Shown: positions 26,882 through 40,905, numbered from the stretch's first letter. The stretch is 64,000 nt of DNA from Bugula neritina (GCA_964035545.1 OZ037771.1:10482480-10546479), one strand, 5' to 3'. Notes: a model not told the origin generated them from the sequence alone. Made by a program: numbers and translations.

Positions 26882-29800
26882 AGACCATGTAAAACTCAGC
26901 CAATCAGCGAAGTGTACCAGGTCAATGTCTTACCATTGTAACTGATATAAAATTCTGCAAGTTCAATTGCAAAATGCATGCTTCTAAAAGCTAGTTGTGC
27001 AACTTTTTTTTCATGCATTATTTAATTTCATATCTTAAATTGATGACTCTTGAAATGATTTTTTAAAATGTCTAAATTAAGTGTTTATAAAACGCAATTG
27101 AAAATTGCATGTCTAGAAAAATGACCTGGTACACTTTTGCAACTTAAGGCCAATTATTACATAACTGCCAGCTTAGTAGTTATTTGTTGTTGCAGCTTGA
27201 ATGAGTCATTGTTTAGCATTGGAAGCTTGCAGTAAACATCTGTGAATTTGGTACATGACTTTGATTGGCTGGTTTTTGAATGGCCCTTTAGTATATGCAT
27301 CTGAATGGCTGGGTAGTGTAGACCCGCCTACATCCAGCTAATGTACAGTAGCCAATCCACAGTAGTATTACAAAATTTATGTTTAACAAATGAAATATTC
27401 TGGTCATTTGTTTTGTACTTTACAATAGTAAATATTCTATTCAACTGGAATTTTATTGTATGTAAGCCATGGGAACTACTAAGAGGTTAAATTAACCACC
27501 CATGCTGGTAATATTGTTGCTCGCAGTAATAGCAAGTCCACACCATATAAATATACACATAAGCTATTATGTGCAGCTTATGAATGCTGAAATGACCCAA
27601 TTTCTTACTTTCAATTTGAAAAAAAGTGTATTACATATTCTGCCACTTCTGCACCAAGAATTTGTTTTTCTTTTACATTTTGAAAATAGTAGTCAGTTTC
27701 TGCAGCAGTCAACTGCATCCACAATAAACAACGTAAGCTTTCAAATAAACTATAAATATATGAAATATTAGTGTGGAAACAATGTAATTTAGTTCTTGCT
27801 ATGATGAAAAATTACAAGAATATTATATAAAAGCTAGATATAGATTTCTATAAAATGGCACAGGTAAAAATAACACATTTTTACTTCAAATTCTAAATTT
27901 CATCAGTCACCAATGGTGGCTGTAGATTACAGAGAGCATAGCAGACTATCATTATCATAAGGATGGTCAGCCCACTGAGCAAAATCCAACTCCAATCTTT
28001 CATTTGGGTTACTAACGCACTAAAGCACATAATGTAAGACGCACAAAAAACAGTGGTTTTAATGAAACATGTGAAGGAAGCGAACAGAAAACATCTTCAA
28101 CAGAGTCAGCTGATATAGAGCAACAGAACTCATCTGACAGCCATCCTCATAGTCAGACTTCATCAGAAGTAACCGAGTTACCACAATCATCAACTACTCA
28201 AAAAAAAAAGATCTGCACATTCTATTGATAGACGAAAATTAAAAGTTGGAAGAAAAGCCTCAAAAAGTTCCACGTTTAAACAAAAAGCAACTATTGAAAA
28301 AGTAAGTTTTTAAAACTTTCACCACTACAGATGAGCAAACTAAATTCTATACTGGAATACCTACACGTTCTCTATACTATTTTTTAGCAAGGTGAAAATT
28401 ATGATTTTCTTATTGCAAAGATAGACTATGGTTTATTACAAATAAACAATGCAAGTCTCACTATGCTAAAATTTCTACATTGATTAAATTTGATGTGTAG
28501 TAAAACTGTCATTTTAATTAAATTTGTTGCAGTGTGAGTGCATCATTCATACATTTTTTATTAAAAACGTTGTTTTATGTAAGATATTCATAAATACCAC
28601 AGTGGTCATCTGTATGCTTCGACTTATTTAGTTTAGGGTTTTATTTAAACAAGCAGCAGTCTTTTATTTGTGGAAAAATTGACTCACTTTCTCCAGGAAA
28701 AGTAAATTGTTTTGACTTAAATTTTCCTTGGTTATTTTAAAGCTTATCATTACATTCTGTTTGGATGGTGATATATTGGGTCAAGCCTTCAGCTAGCAGT
28801 TCTTGAACTTCATAGTTGTTGCAAATATAACTTAAGCTACTTACCAGAGAGTAAAAACTGCTGAATAAATACAAACTAAGCACAAAATTTATTTAGCACA
28901 TACAGTACATTATAATTTGAATCATAATTTAATTTTCATTTTTTATTTACTATATTTAGATTTATATGTCTGAAGATGAAAGTTCTTACTCTCAGAAAAA
29001 AGTTAACAAGACAAGATAAACTTTTATTGGCTCTGATGAAGCTGCGTCAAGGTTTACAGTTTCAAATACTGGCTGGCCTTTTTTATATCTCTAGATTGCT
29101 AGCAAGCAAAACCTTCAAAAACACATTAGATATTTTAGCAAGAGAACTGAACAATCTAATAGTTTTTCCAACAAGAACATCCCTCTGAGCTTTCAAAGCC
29201 AATATGCTAACATTAGGTGCATTATAGACTACACAGAAATATTCATTTGCAAGCCTCAATCAAAGCTGGCTCAATATTTAACATGGAGTAAGTATAAAAA
29301 TATCAACACCATCAAGTATTTGGTTGCAATTACACCCAGGGGCACTATCTGCTTTATTTCGCATGGAATGGGAGGTAGAGCCTCAGACAAATGTGTAGTG
29401 AATGACCCTGGGTTCTTAGACTTCATAAACCCAGATGATGTGGTCATGGCAGATAGAGGCTTTCTTATTGAAGCAGAACTTATAGGCGCTGGAGCCAAGT
29501 TGGCCATACCACCTGGGAAAAGAGGCGATTTGCAAATGACTAAAATGCAGTTACTGCAAACAAAGTTGATTGCTAACCTTCGAATCCATTTCGAAAGAGC
29601 AATCAAAAGAATAAAGGAGTTCAATATTTTAAATGGCCCTGGAGGTGTGAACTTGGTGTTGGCACCTCTATTAGACAAGATTATGATAGTTTGCTGTGCT
29701 CTCTGTAATCTACAGCCACCATTGGTGACTGATGAAATTTAGAATTTGAAGTAAAAGTGTGTTATTTTTACCTGTGCCATTTTACTAGAAATCTATATCT

Positions 29801-30752
29801 AGCTTTTATATAATATTCTTGTAATTTTTCATCATAGCAATGAATAAATTACATTGTTTCCACACTAATATTTCATATATTTATAGTTTATTTGAAAGCT
29901 TACGTTGTTTATTGTGGATGTTGACTGCTATAGAAACTGACTACTATTTTCAAAATTTAAAAGGAAAACAAGTTCCTGGTGCAGAAGTGGCAGAATATGT
30001 AATACAATTTTTTTCAAATTGAAAGTAAAAAATGGGGTCATTTCAGCATTTATAAGCTGCACATAATAGCTTATGTGTATATTTATATGGTGTGGACTTG
30101 TTATTACTGTGAGCTACAATATTACCAACATGGGTGGTTGATTTAACCTCTTAGTAGTTCCCATGGCTTACATACAATAAAATTCTAGTTGAATAGAATA
30201 TTTACTATTGTAAAGTACAAAACAAATGACCAAAATATTTCATTTGTTAAACAGAAATTTTGTAATACTACTGTGGATTGGCTACTGTACATTAGCTGGA
30301 TGTAGGCGGGGTCTACACTACCCAGCCATCCAGATGCATATACTAAAGGGCCATTCAAAAACCAGCCAATCAAAGTCATGTACCAAATTCACAGATGTTT
30401 ACTGCAAGCTTCCAATGCTAAACAATAACCCATTCAAGCTGCAACAACAAATAACTACTAAGCTGGCAGTTATGTAATAATTGGCCTTAAGTTGCAAAAG
30501 TGTACCAGGTCATTTTTCTAGACATGCAATTTTTAATTGCGTTTTATAAACACTTAATTTAGACATTTTAAAAAATCATTTCAAGAGTCATCAATTTAAG
30601 ATATGAAATTAAATAATGCATGAAAAAAAAGTTGCACAACTAGCTTTTAGAAGCATGCATTTTGCAATTGAACTTGCAGAATTTTATATTAGTTACAATG
30701 GTAAGACATTGACCTGGTACACTTCGCTGATTGGCTGAGTTTTACATTGTCT
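26882..30752 (+). mobile_element. ISL2EU (PIF/Harbinger-related) DNA transposon with ~1.07-kb inverted arms and AT target-site duplication
   Basis: Arms 26882-27956 and 29679-30752 are near-identical reverse complements. Termini AGACCATG...CATTGTCT are each flanked by AT (reconstructed target caATtg), and the interior holds a DDE transposase. Confidence 0.9.
27957..29742 (+). pseudogene. Disrupted, intron-containing THAP/HTH/DDE_Tnp_4 transposase
   Basis: THAP-tail-like KDGQPTEQNPTPIFHLGY* (~27960-28014), exon DEQTKFYTGIP (~28331-28391), HTH LTRQDKLLLALMKLRQGL, a frameshift near 29185, then IIDYTE...GGRASDK...VMADRGF...IANLRIHFERAIKRIKEF...CCALCNLQPPLV*. Confidence 0.88.
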
Positions 30753-31680
30753 ATTGCAATAATATTCATGACATGCCTTTTTAGATAGAAAGTTGTATGA
30801 AATTTAGTTTTTTTTTGTGGTGTCACTAATTTTTCAATTTGTTTCGCGTTTGTTCAAGATTAACTACGGGAGTTCCGTTTTGAAGTTTTTGTTATTACAA
30901 AGAGTTTTGCTAAAAGTCAGTTAGTTTTTGTGAGTTTTTATTCCTGAGAGATAGTTCCTTGTGTGTGTTCAAATAAAACATAATATTATAATAATTATTT
31001 TATTTTGGTAATTACAAACACGACAAGTGAATTGCAGCAGTTGAATAATAGAAGATAAGTGACTTTTCACCATGAACATTGGTAAAAGCACTTTACATTC
31101 AATCTGACCTTGGCACTGTATCTCTAACTTTTCCAACATGCAAAACTATTAGGCTATTTTTCTTATAGAAGCAAACGTGTGATCACAGCTACTAAACCAA
31201 AAACCAATATTTGCAAGGCAAGCATTGAAGGAGTGATGAGAAACATTTTAGGTTAATGCTATTCAACACTTTTCACTTCTAAAATGTGGGTGTACCTGCA
31301 GAAGTTAGGAGACTAGAACCTAATTAAAAAGTCAAATAGGTATTCGCACCAGTGTTGAGCTGGACCTGGATAGGCCTCCCTTCAGAAAAGTGGTACAAGC
31401 ACCAAACAGCAACATCACCAGGTAAAAGGCTTGGGGTTGCCATCAGGAGTGGAGTACAGGTTCAACCATTTTTATTTTGGGAGGACACAACTCTTAATTG
31501 CAAGAATATTGGGGACCTCTGAAAAGGGTCCATTATTATTCATAGTAATATTCAACGCTATGCGCAATCAGCTTTTTTACTTATAGACTTACAGTTGGTT
31601 TTATTTTACATACAGTTAATTCTTCTCAAGTCAAGAAGCATCAGCATACTAATAGTTTATATCACAGCATTTATGGATTA

Positions 31681-32132
31681 TTCGAAAATGTCAATTGGAA
31701 GACAATTATTTGGAAATCGACAAATCACCAATAGACAACTGGAAAATAGACAATTAGCAAATAGACATTTGGAAATTAGGCGTTTGGAAAAGGAAGAATA
31801 TTCAACAAGGCCTAGTCTGGAGATGGCGTTCAGCATCTGGTCGAGCCTAACATAGCTTTCAACATAAAGATACAAAGTTTGAATCAGTTAGGCCTATCAT
31901 AGAAGTATAATTAGTTACCGAATAGCTTCAATTTTAACTTGCCCATGTTTACAATAAGATATTTTGGGCCCGACCAGATGCTGAATGCCTCTCCGGATTA
32001 GTCCATGTTAAATATCCTCATTTTCCAAACGTCTTTTTTCTAAAAGTCCACTTGCTAATTGTCGATTTTCCAGTTGTCTATTGGTGATTTGTCTGTTTTC
32101 CAAACAAGTGTTTTCAAATTGTTCTTTTCAAA
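31681..32132. mobile_element. MITE with ~170-bp diverged inverted repeats containing 15-bp subrepeats
   Basis: gacaaatcaccaatagacaactggaaaat...cagcatctggtcg on the left is mirrored by cgaccagatgctg...ttttccagttgtctattggtgatttgtc on the right. Confidence 0.75.
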
Positions 32133-33689
32133 ATGTTGTGTCACCATTGTTATGATGCTATCATCGGGTTACAATAATTTGACTCACCTGAATATTACCA
32201 CCATGCAGTGATTTTACACTGTTCTCCATATCTTCATTGACTTACATGTGGGCTACAAAAAATATTATTCGCTAAGAAACTTGATTAAATGCTACATTTA
32301 AAGTTTTTCAATGTTTTAAACTGGACATCTCAAATCTAGAGGTGTTGAAAATATGCTTTTGTCCTTCAGTTATGCAAACAACTGAATTGTCTTGCTTTTG
32401 TAGTCGATCATTTTATTTCTGTAATAATAACTTATTGATATTTAATTATAAGCTTATGATATAAAAGCAAAAATAGAAAAATTGAACAAAATCAAAATGT
32501 GTCAATGCATTGTATTAAATTTCTATTTCATGGGTCATAAAGCATCACTATGTCTATAGCATGCATTCTTGAACGAAAAAAAGTGCAATGATTTTTTTCA
32601 TGAAACATATTATCTAAGTTCCAAGTTCGATGCTGAGATTAAATTTGATTACATTTACGTTAATTACCTAATGGTTCATAACAAATTTACCAAACCATAA
32701 ATTAATAAGGAAAACTTGTTAAAATCATAAACATAATGATGAGAAGCATCAACATTACTAACCTAATGTTCAAAAGGCCAAGAGAGAATTCTGATAAGGC
32801 TATTTATTATTGATCAAATGAAAAATGTTGAGCCTCATGGTAAATAAAATACTATTATTACATATTGATATAGTGACAGTGAGAATTGCAAAAATACTAA
32901 AGTCAAGCTCATCAATGGAAGTACAGTATAAGCTAAGGCTATAGCTGACTTTTTAATTTAGAAAAAGTACAGTTCCTTACCTACCTAGTTTAAATACTCA
33001 TAATATATACTTTATGATTTTATGTAAAAATGGCACCAATAAAAATGTAAAAATGGCACATTACCTATGCCATTTTTACCGTGCTACTTTTAACTGCGCT
33101 ATTTTTACAGGACACCATACTGATTACATAATATAATCTTTAATAATTTAATTTTAAAAATATATTAACCTAATATAATTATAAAGATGATCAATTAATT
33201 ATAAAATTAAATTACTATGGGTATGGCTGTGCATACTTATTACATTGTAGTAACTTTCAAGTATGGTTGAGAGATTAGTGATTTAAATCAATAAATTTAA
33301 ATTATGATCATCATAACATCCCTAATTTTAGGAAACTGGTATCAGTAGGTAGGTCCAATTCTATTTTGATTTTCAATGGCAGTCTTTAAAAATTTATACA
33401 ATTCATAGTCACATTCTTTCTGAATGAGACTATGGTTAAAGTAATGTTATAGCTGCAGTAGTTTTGCAGTTACAGAAGAAATTGTGCAGCTAGAATTGGA
33501 TTTCAAAACAGGCTTCCATGCTACAAACGCGTTGAAAGCAGCGCGGCGGCTAGTTGTCTAGTAATGGTCAGCTTTACAAAATCATAACAAATAAAAACAA
33601 TTGTTGTTAACCACATAACATTATACATAATTACATGTGGTTTATGTAGCAATTAATGTAGCTTTGCAAAAGATTGAAGTAATTTCAAC

Positions 33690-36410
33690 AGAATGGTCAC
33701 CTTTCACTGCCGTGGTCATGCGGGTTTTACCAGACTTCTCCATCGCACTTGATCTTCAGCATCTGTACCATTTAGATCAAGGCATCTAAGGTCTGAGTTT
33801 ATTGTGTCACACCATCTTTGCTTTGGTCTACCCCTAAGTCGAATTCCTTTAACTGTCATCTCTGACACTCCCCAGGTGTCGTCCTCACTTTCTCTCCATC
33901 CAACATGCACATACCGCTGCATTCGTTTATTCCTCATCAAGTCCTTAATCGGGATCACCCTGGCCTCTGCCATTTGGCTTATGATCTACCAAACCGATAT
34001 TCAAGCAGTATTGCAACATGCGCATCTCACAGGATGACATCTTATAAGCCAGAGATCTTGTGATAGGCCACTTCCTATTTACATATAGCAGAGCTGGCCT
34101 GATAGCTGTTTTATAAATCAGCACTTTCAGTTTTGTAGGCATTTTTTGTCACAGAGCACACCAGTCAACACTCTCCATTTATTGCAAGCCTTGAATATTC
34201 TCAGCTCAACCTCCATCCGGCAGCCTCCATCTTGGTAGATTTTTGAGCTCCAAGTACTTGAACTGAGAACACTTAGGTAGGCTTTCCACTTCTTGACTAC
34301 CATAATTCTTCATCTTGGTGTTTTGTTGGTCTCGAATTGCTGGCAAATGCTCTTATTTCTTTCGGCTTATCTTCAAGCCAGCTGCCTCTATCTTCTCCTT
34401 ACAGACCTCTAACCTTTCTAATACCTCCCCATCACTATTGCAAAGGACCAGATTTCCATGGGCTGTCCTCATTGATGGCTTCTGCTATGACATCCATTAG
34501 TAAAATGAATAGCAGAGGCCGTAGTGCCGGTCCCTGATGCAATCCAACTTCAATTGTAATCTTGTTTCCCAACCCGGAGTCTGTCCTAACACTGGTGCTG
34601 CAGTCTTCGTACATGTCTGATGTTGATGTACTGCTCTGGAACCATTCAATTTCGTAAGCAAATCCATATTAGCTCAGAAGCTTTTTTATGGTCAACAAAC
34701 ACCATATGGAGAGCTTTGTTGTACTATTTGTGTTTTTCCTGTAGAATTTTGAGGTAGAACATGGGCCCTGTAGTTGATTTCCCCTTCTGAAATTCATACT
34801 AGTTTTGCTTGATAGTAACTAATTCTCAAATTCTTCAATCAATTTCCCTCTCTAATAGTTTAAGGCAGCGGCTAAGCAGTTTTATCCCCCGGTAGTTTCT
34901 GCAGTCTAGATGGTCTCTTTTTTGCTTATATATTGGTGTTATTGTGATCTCTCTTCAGTCTGGTGGCATCATTTCAGAGACAATGTTGCTCAAACACGCT
35001 GTTATTCAGGTGCTTCCTCTCTTAACAGTTTTATAAATATCAATTGGTAGCTGATCTGGCCCTGTGGCCTTGTTGGTTTTCATCTTTTCTATCTGGATGT
35101 GATCTCTCTTCAGTCTGGTGGCATCATTTCAGAGACAATGTTGCTCAAACACGCTGTTATTCAGGTGCTTCCTCTCTCAACAGTTTTATAAATATCAATT
35201 GGTAGCTGATCTGGCCCTGTGGCTTTGTTGGTTTTCATCTTTTCTATCTGGATGTTGACTTCTTTTCACGGATTTTAGGTATTGGCCCTTGCACTGGTAA
35301 CTGCGGAGACAGTTCTTCCCATTGTTCTCATTATTTAGTAAAGCATTGAAGTACTTTTTCCATTTCTGTTTGATTTGCTCATCTTTGCACAGAATCTTTC
35401 CATCTATGTCCTTGACAAAAGGTATTCTGTCAATATCCTTAGATCTCAGGTGGCTAGTTTTAGCTAGGCGGTGGATGATCTTAGGTTCATTCTTCTCTAA
35501 TTCATAATATAAGTTTTCTGATGCTGCATGTTTTGCTATGGCTACCTGGTCTTGTTCAGGCTGGTGTATTGTTCTTTTCCTTCTTCCTTGTTATGCATCT
35601 CTTCTCTCGTTTACTGCTGACTGTACTTCCTCATTCCACCGCCAAAACTTTTTCTCTAGGTACTTTCCTTCCACTGACTTCGAGAATCTCCTTGGCTGCA
35701 TCCATAACCATGGGATAAGTCTCTGTCCACTTCAATCTTTCCTCAGCATAGATTCCATCAAGCTTTTCACTAGGCGCCTCTAAAAGTTTTTTTCCTTCTG
35801 GTTTTCTGAGCTTCCACCAGCTAATTTTGCTTTCCCTTTTTCTAGATCTTCTCTTATTTTTCTTGGCTAGAATTTCAACCACCAGAAGCCGATGTGATGC
35901 TACGAATTCGCCCTAGATCACTTTACAGTCCTTCATCTTGCTAATACTTTATCTTCTAATCTCGATGTAGTCAATAACAGCTTGATTCGGTCCACTCTTT
36001 TAGTGAAGAATGTGTTCACCAGTACCAGGTAACACTCATTAGCATAGTTCAAAATTCGCTCTCCTTCTTCATTGATGCTTCCACATGTCTTTCCACCATT
36101 CCATTTTTCAAAACCATTTTTCTCTACTCTAACATGTCCATTGAGGTCTCCGGCAACAACCAGTTCCTCCGATGTGGGCATACTGTCCGATATCACCCCC
36201 GAGTTGCGTCTAGAATCTGTCCTTTTTTCCTCTTCACATCCTTGTTGTGGCACATAGGCTGACAATGTTATAGGTCTGCCGAGGCGTCACTAGCTTCCTA
36301 CTCATTATTATATCAGATTTCCTCTCTACCCCAATAACCTTGTCTTGAATTCCTCTTTCAAGCAAATAGCAACTCCATTCTTTGGAGTTCCTCCTCTACT
36401 GTAGTATAGC
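33690..36410 (-). mobile_element. 5'-truncated, decayed RTE-clade LINE (APE endonuclease plus RT)
   Basis: Endonuclease motifs KNGVAI, SAYVPQQGC, VAGDLNGHV and LVNTFFTK; RT/C-terminal motifs GLHQG, IYKTAIRPALLY, EMRML and RGRPKQRW. Many stops and frameshifts. Confidence 0.92.
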
Positions 36411-37512
36411 AATGATTCAATTTAAATACTTCTATTTTCAGTTTTTTTAAAATAAGTAGTAGAAAGAAAAGTTTGGACGAAGCGAAAAAAGGCGCCACTT
36501 CAACAATGATTTGAAGTATAACAACGAGGATTGAATTGAACAAAACACCTTGAACTTGGTTAAGCGGAGTTTAAGTTTTACAAATATAATGAAACTGAAT
36601 TTATTAAGATAGCTAAAACAGTTTTAAAATTATTCAACATTTTGTGTTGGGGTGTAGGGCCACTTTGTGCGCGTACCGCAGCGAAAATAATAATAAGGTT
36701 TTCTTGTTACACTTGACTTCATCGGCGCTTTCACACAATTTCAATTTGAACTACCTAGTAATAGTATCAGTGTGAGTATAGCTATTAGTATGACTATGAG
36801 TATCACTGTCAGTGTGGTTGTCACCATTGTGATTGAATTTGAGAGGCTAAAGGTAATACTTAATCTTATGAGTCGGTGACTACCATTATGATTATGATTA
36901 TCTAACCCAAGTAGGTATTTATTATTATTTCGAACATTGACTTGGGCTTCGAATTCGATTTGCTTGTGTTTTATTTTAATTTCATCATATACTTTTACTT
37001 TTACGCTATGATTACCTATATTACTTATAATTAATATTTGTATATTAATTATCAATACCAATATGATTATTAATATTAAGGATTATCGATCATCATCATC
37101 ATATTATTATTAATATTTAATTTTATTGATTATGAAGACTCATAGTCATTTTGTCGAACCATCGAGAGTTCCGTTTGTTGACACATTTACTAGATAGGTA
37201 GATGGTGGATTGCAAAAATAGTGGCGATACCTGTAGCTTATTAGGAGCTCCAGTTTCGCCACTCGGAAGAACCCGGGGGCTTCCTCGTATAATTCAACAT
37301 CAGCTAGACTAATTGGCACATGGTCACTTTACGCACGCTTAAGGCGCACAATCTTGCATTGCGCGAGAACTCGGGTTTTGCCATTGGGTCCTTTCAATAG
37401 TTTTATTGGGATTGTCTCCTCTATAGGTTCGAACGACTTTAGCATTAAAAATCCGAGTCGTTCAAAAACTGTTTGGTATTCTGCAGAAGAATTATGTCAA
37501 GGTTATCTTAAA

Positions 37513-37522
37513 CCTAGGCAAC
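37513..37522 (+). promoter_or_regulatory. Possible RFX X-box half-site upstream of DNAAF3
   Basis: CCTAGGCAAC about 120 bp upstream of the ATG of a motile-cilia gene. RFX control of ciliary genes is established, but the match is short. Confidence 0.35.
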
Positions 37523-37638
37523 ACCCGCAGATACACTCTATTTAATAACGCTTTTTTCATGTTCCACCGTGTCTCTTGAACCGCACAGTTACACTTTGAG
37601 TTTCAGTGACATTATATTCAAATCGACCAAAATTTAGT

Positions 37639-39728
37639 ATGGATAAGGGCCTTGGGGCTGTTACTTGGTGGGGATTTTCTCCTGCCATTGACATGTTGGA
37701 ATATTTGAAACTCTGCGACTTTAAAGATGAACGATCGACTGCAGACCATCACGATGTCACTGTAAATGTTCTGTTGGTTGGAGGTGCTGATATTCGCCAT
37801 ATCCTCAAGACTATGACAAAGCTGAAATTTAAGTCATTTCAAAAAGTTCATTTTTATATATTAGAGCATAATTTAGAAAACTACGCCCGAATTCTTCTTT
37901 TGATGTCACTTGCGTTGGAAAAATCCGGAACTATCAGTTTACAAGAAAAAACAGAGCTAATGGCAGAAATATTTGGAAACTCGCTCATAAGAGCTCAAAC
38001 TGCTTCTTATGTACATGAACTTTCTAATGATTTTGTCAAAATGGTTACTGATTTTGACGAATTAAATGAAAAATTACCTTTGTTTAGTTTGGAAGCCTTG
38101 AAGTACAAAGAAAGAGACATGTTAGAAGGAATTTTTAAGCTGTGGAGGAAACCAGACAAAAATATTTTTGATATTGAGCAGTGCTGGGACCTGAGAGTCA
38201 GGCAGTATCTTGGCACTCGTTATGATACATCTAAAGGGGCATTTGATTGGGATTATAGCATGAAGCTCAGTGATAGAGGTGCTGAAATTATTGGAACTCA
38301 ATGTTATCAGAGATGGCGAAAAACAGGTGTAGCGTTTGAACTTAGAGATGGCGCATATGACGTGCCAAATAAAACTCTGGCTTCAGGACTGATTTTCAAG
38401 AATGATGGAGAAAGACATGGCCGAAGAGGTGAAATTTATTTGTTTTATGTAATACAAAAGTAACAACAATATATAACCAACTGCTCACTCTTATTATCTG
38501 TTTTAAATATCTATTCAATTTAGTATTGAACATGGTTGATTACTTTGTACTTCTTTGATGAAAAAATACCTTTTTTGCCAATTATGCATATGTGACTTTG
38601 ATGAGCTAGTTCACTTACAAAATAAAATCATTTGCAGGTTATTGGGGAGACATTGTTGTAAGTCCCTATATTGCGTTTGGGATTGAATGTGAAGATGAAG
38701 AATTTTTTAAGCGAGCTAATAAGCAGTTCGTGAGCAATTCGGAAGCCATAACGAAGCACAACTTGACAACTCTACTCTACGAGTTACAAACTGGAAAGGT
38801 ACATGGCTCCTTCATGTATTTTCATATTCGCTATTGAAGCTTTAGAGACCACAAATTAATACTTTCAATTATGGTATAGTTTTATAAAGTGTTGGGATCT
38901 ACCAATTTTTTTTGCATATACATGTTCAATAGCTAATGATGCTAAGATTTTAGGCATACAAAGCAATAACAAATCTGGAGCCTACTACAACTATGGAAAC
39001 AATTGGCGAAAAAGAGGATAATGATGAATTGGATGGTGCTGGTGGTGACAGAGTGACTTGCAGCAGCAGAAGCTATTTATCTTGTGACAATGTTAAGATA
39101 ACTTTCCTCCCTCTAAATTCTCTGCCAGAACTTTCAAAAAAAGAGTAAGTAATATTCAGCAACACAATCTTTGCTTTTACTAAGTAAACTCATCAGTTCT
39201 AGACTTATTCTTTCAACTAAGGGGTTTGAAGCATCTTGTACAAAACTGTGGAAGTATTATTTACTAGTCAAATTGTAGGTACCCTTGTGAAGGCACTTTT
39301 TAAAAATTCAACCAACTAATCAATACAATTTAAAAGACCTTTGCAACAGACAATGATATACTATTTGATGTGCAGATTTTTCCGTGAATTTCTAAAATGT
39401 TTCAATTTTCCTAATTGATTATTTCTTAATTACCTTTATTCAATGTATTTGTAGGAAATATCAGAATATGTTTGATCAGGTCTATTTCTCCAATTCCATG
39501 GTGCATCATTTGACGCCAGAAGTCACTAACATTTTTGCCACCAACGCTTCTATAATCTTAGAAACAGCAAAATTTATAACCGAGCTGACCAAGGAACAGT
39601 ATATTGCATTCACCAACAAGATTGACAGCATGGCAAAAGCAGCTGGTTGTGAGACACTCATAGACTGCTGCCCTGAAAAAGATGCTTTCTCATTTTACAA
39701 GTTTCATCGGCAAACAAGCAGCACTTGA
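37639..39728 (+). CDS. DNAAF3: Dynein axonemal assembly factor 3 (PF22)
   Basis: Exons 37639-38428, 38638-38798, 38954-39144 and 39455-39728 join in frame. Motifs: G.G.VTWWGFSPA.D, LLVGGAD.RHILKT, LKYKERD.LE, WD.R.RQYLG.RYD, Y.VPNKTLASG, RG/YWGDIV.SPY..FGIE. Confidence 0.95.
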
Positions 39729-40905
39729 ACATCTACTTCACATGAAACATGAGTTATATTATTTTATAAATTTGTTCTGAGATGAAAAGAGTAATCATGT
39801 TTGTTTTTTAAATTTTATTTTTTATGCAAACATTAAAATTTTTGGTATTTTTTTGTTTCAAGTTATAAAAATAACTTAAAATTATCACAGTAATTTTTTT
39901 TCTGTGCATTAAAGTATATGCCAAAAAAGATAAAGCAGTATGAACTGAAAGAAGTGGGGTTCAGCTACAGACTTATTGTGAAAAGCTGGCACACTGGCCA
40001 TATTAAATGCTGGTGAACTACAAGCTCGCAATTATCTGTTTGGCTGATCCCCACTATGTCCAGCATTGAAAAACTGTAGTGATGACACATGGTCATTTTT
40101 GTTAATGGTAGCACTGGTCTCTCACAGTACACCGGACAAATATTCCTGATCTAGACAAATGTCTTCCATTCCAGAGTTTTACACTAAGTACAGTTCACAA
40201 AAAAGTAATTAAAAAAAGATGGTACAATTCACAAACGCAAGGAAATAGTGATTGTTAATAATAATGCAAAGCAGGATTGAAAACCAACTTTCCCACACCT
40301 AGAGTAATTCTCAAAAAATTTAAAATTATTTGATGTAATCTAATTCTAGGAGTAACTTTAAAATTATTAAAAAATAAAGTATAATTTTTGTTATTCCAGC
40401 ATTCCTTAAAACATGGACTCGCTAAATGTCATTCACAGACCAAGAATATAATTATATGATGAGAAATGATTTAGCACATTGATTGTACTCGATTTGGGAG
40501 TCGTCCCAATAAATTATTTCTAAGGAATGCTGTATACTGGTAGGTTCAACCCCTGACAACACAATACTATTTGAATGACATACAATGTTCTAACAAAAAT
40601 AAAACACAATATTCAAATTATAGTCATTCTAATTATACGCCTAGAGAGGTTAACATAAATAATAATAATTTTTGCACAAAACCTTGCGCTTGTTCACGTT
40701 AAGCATCGCACAGTGCTGAAAAAAATAATAAAAAGCCAATTTTACATAAATAAACTAAAAGGTTAAATAGAGAGTGATAATATCCTCAAAAAGATGAAAA
40801 AATAAATTTTTTGTATTTTTCTTGTTGCTACAATATATATTAGGAGATATCTGACAAATCTAGCGCTACATAATAGCTAAGGATAACTACTACAGGTATA
40901 AATAA

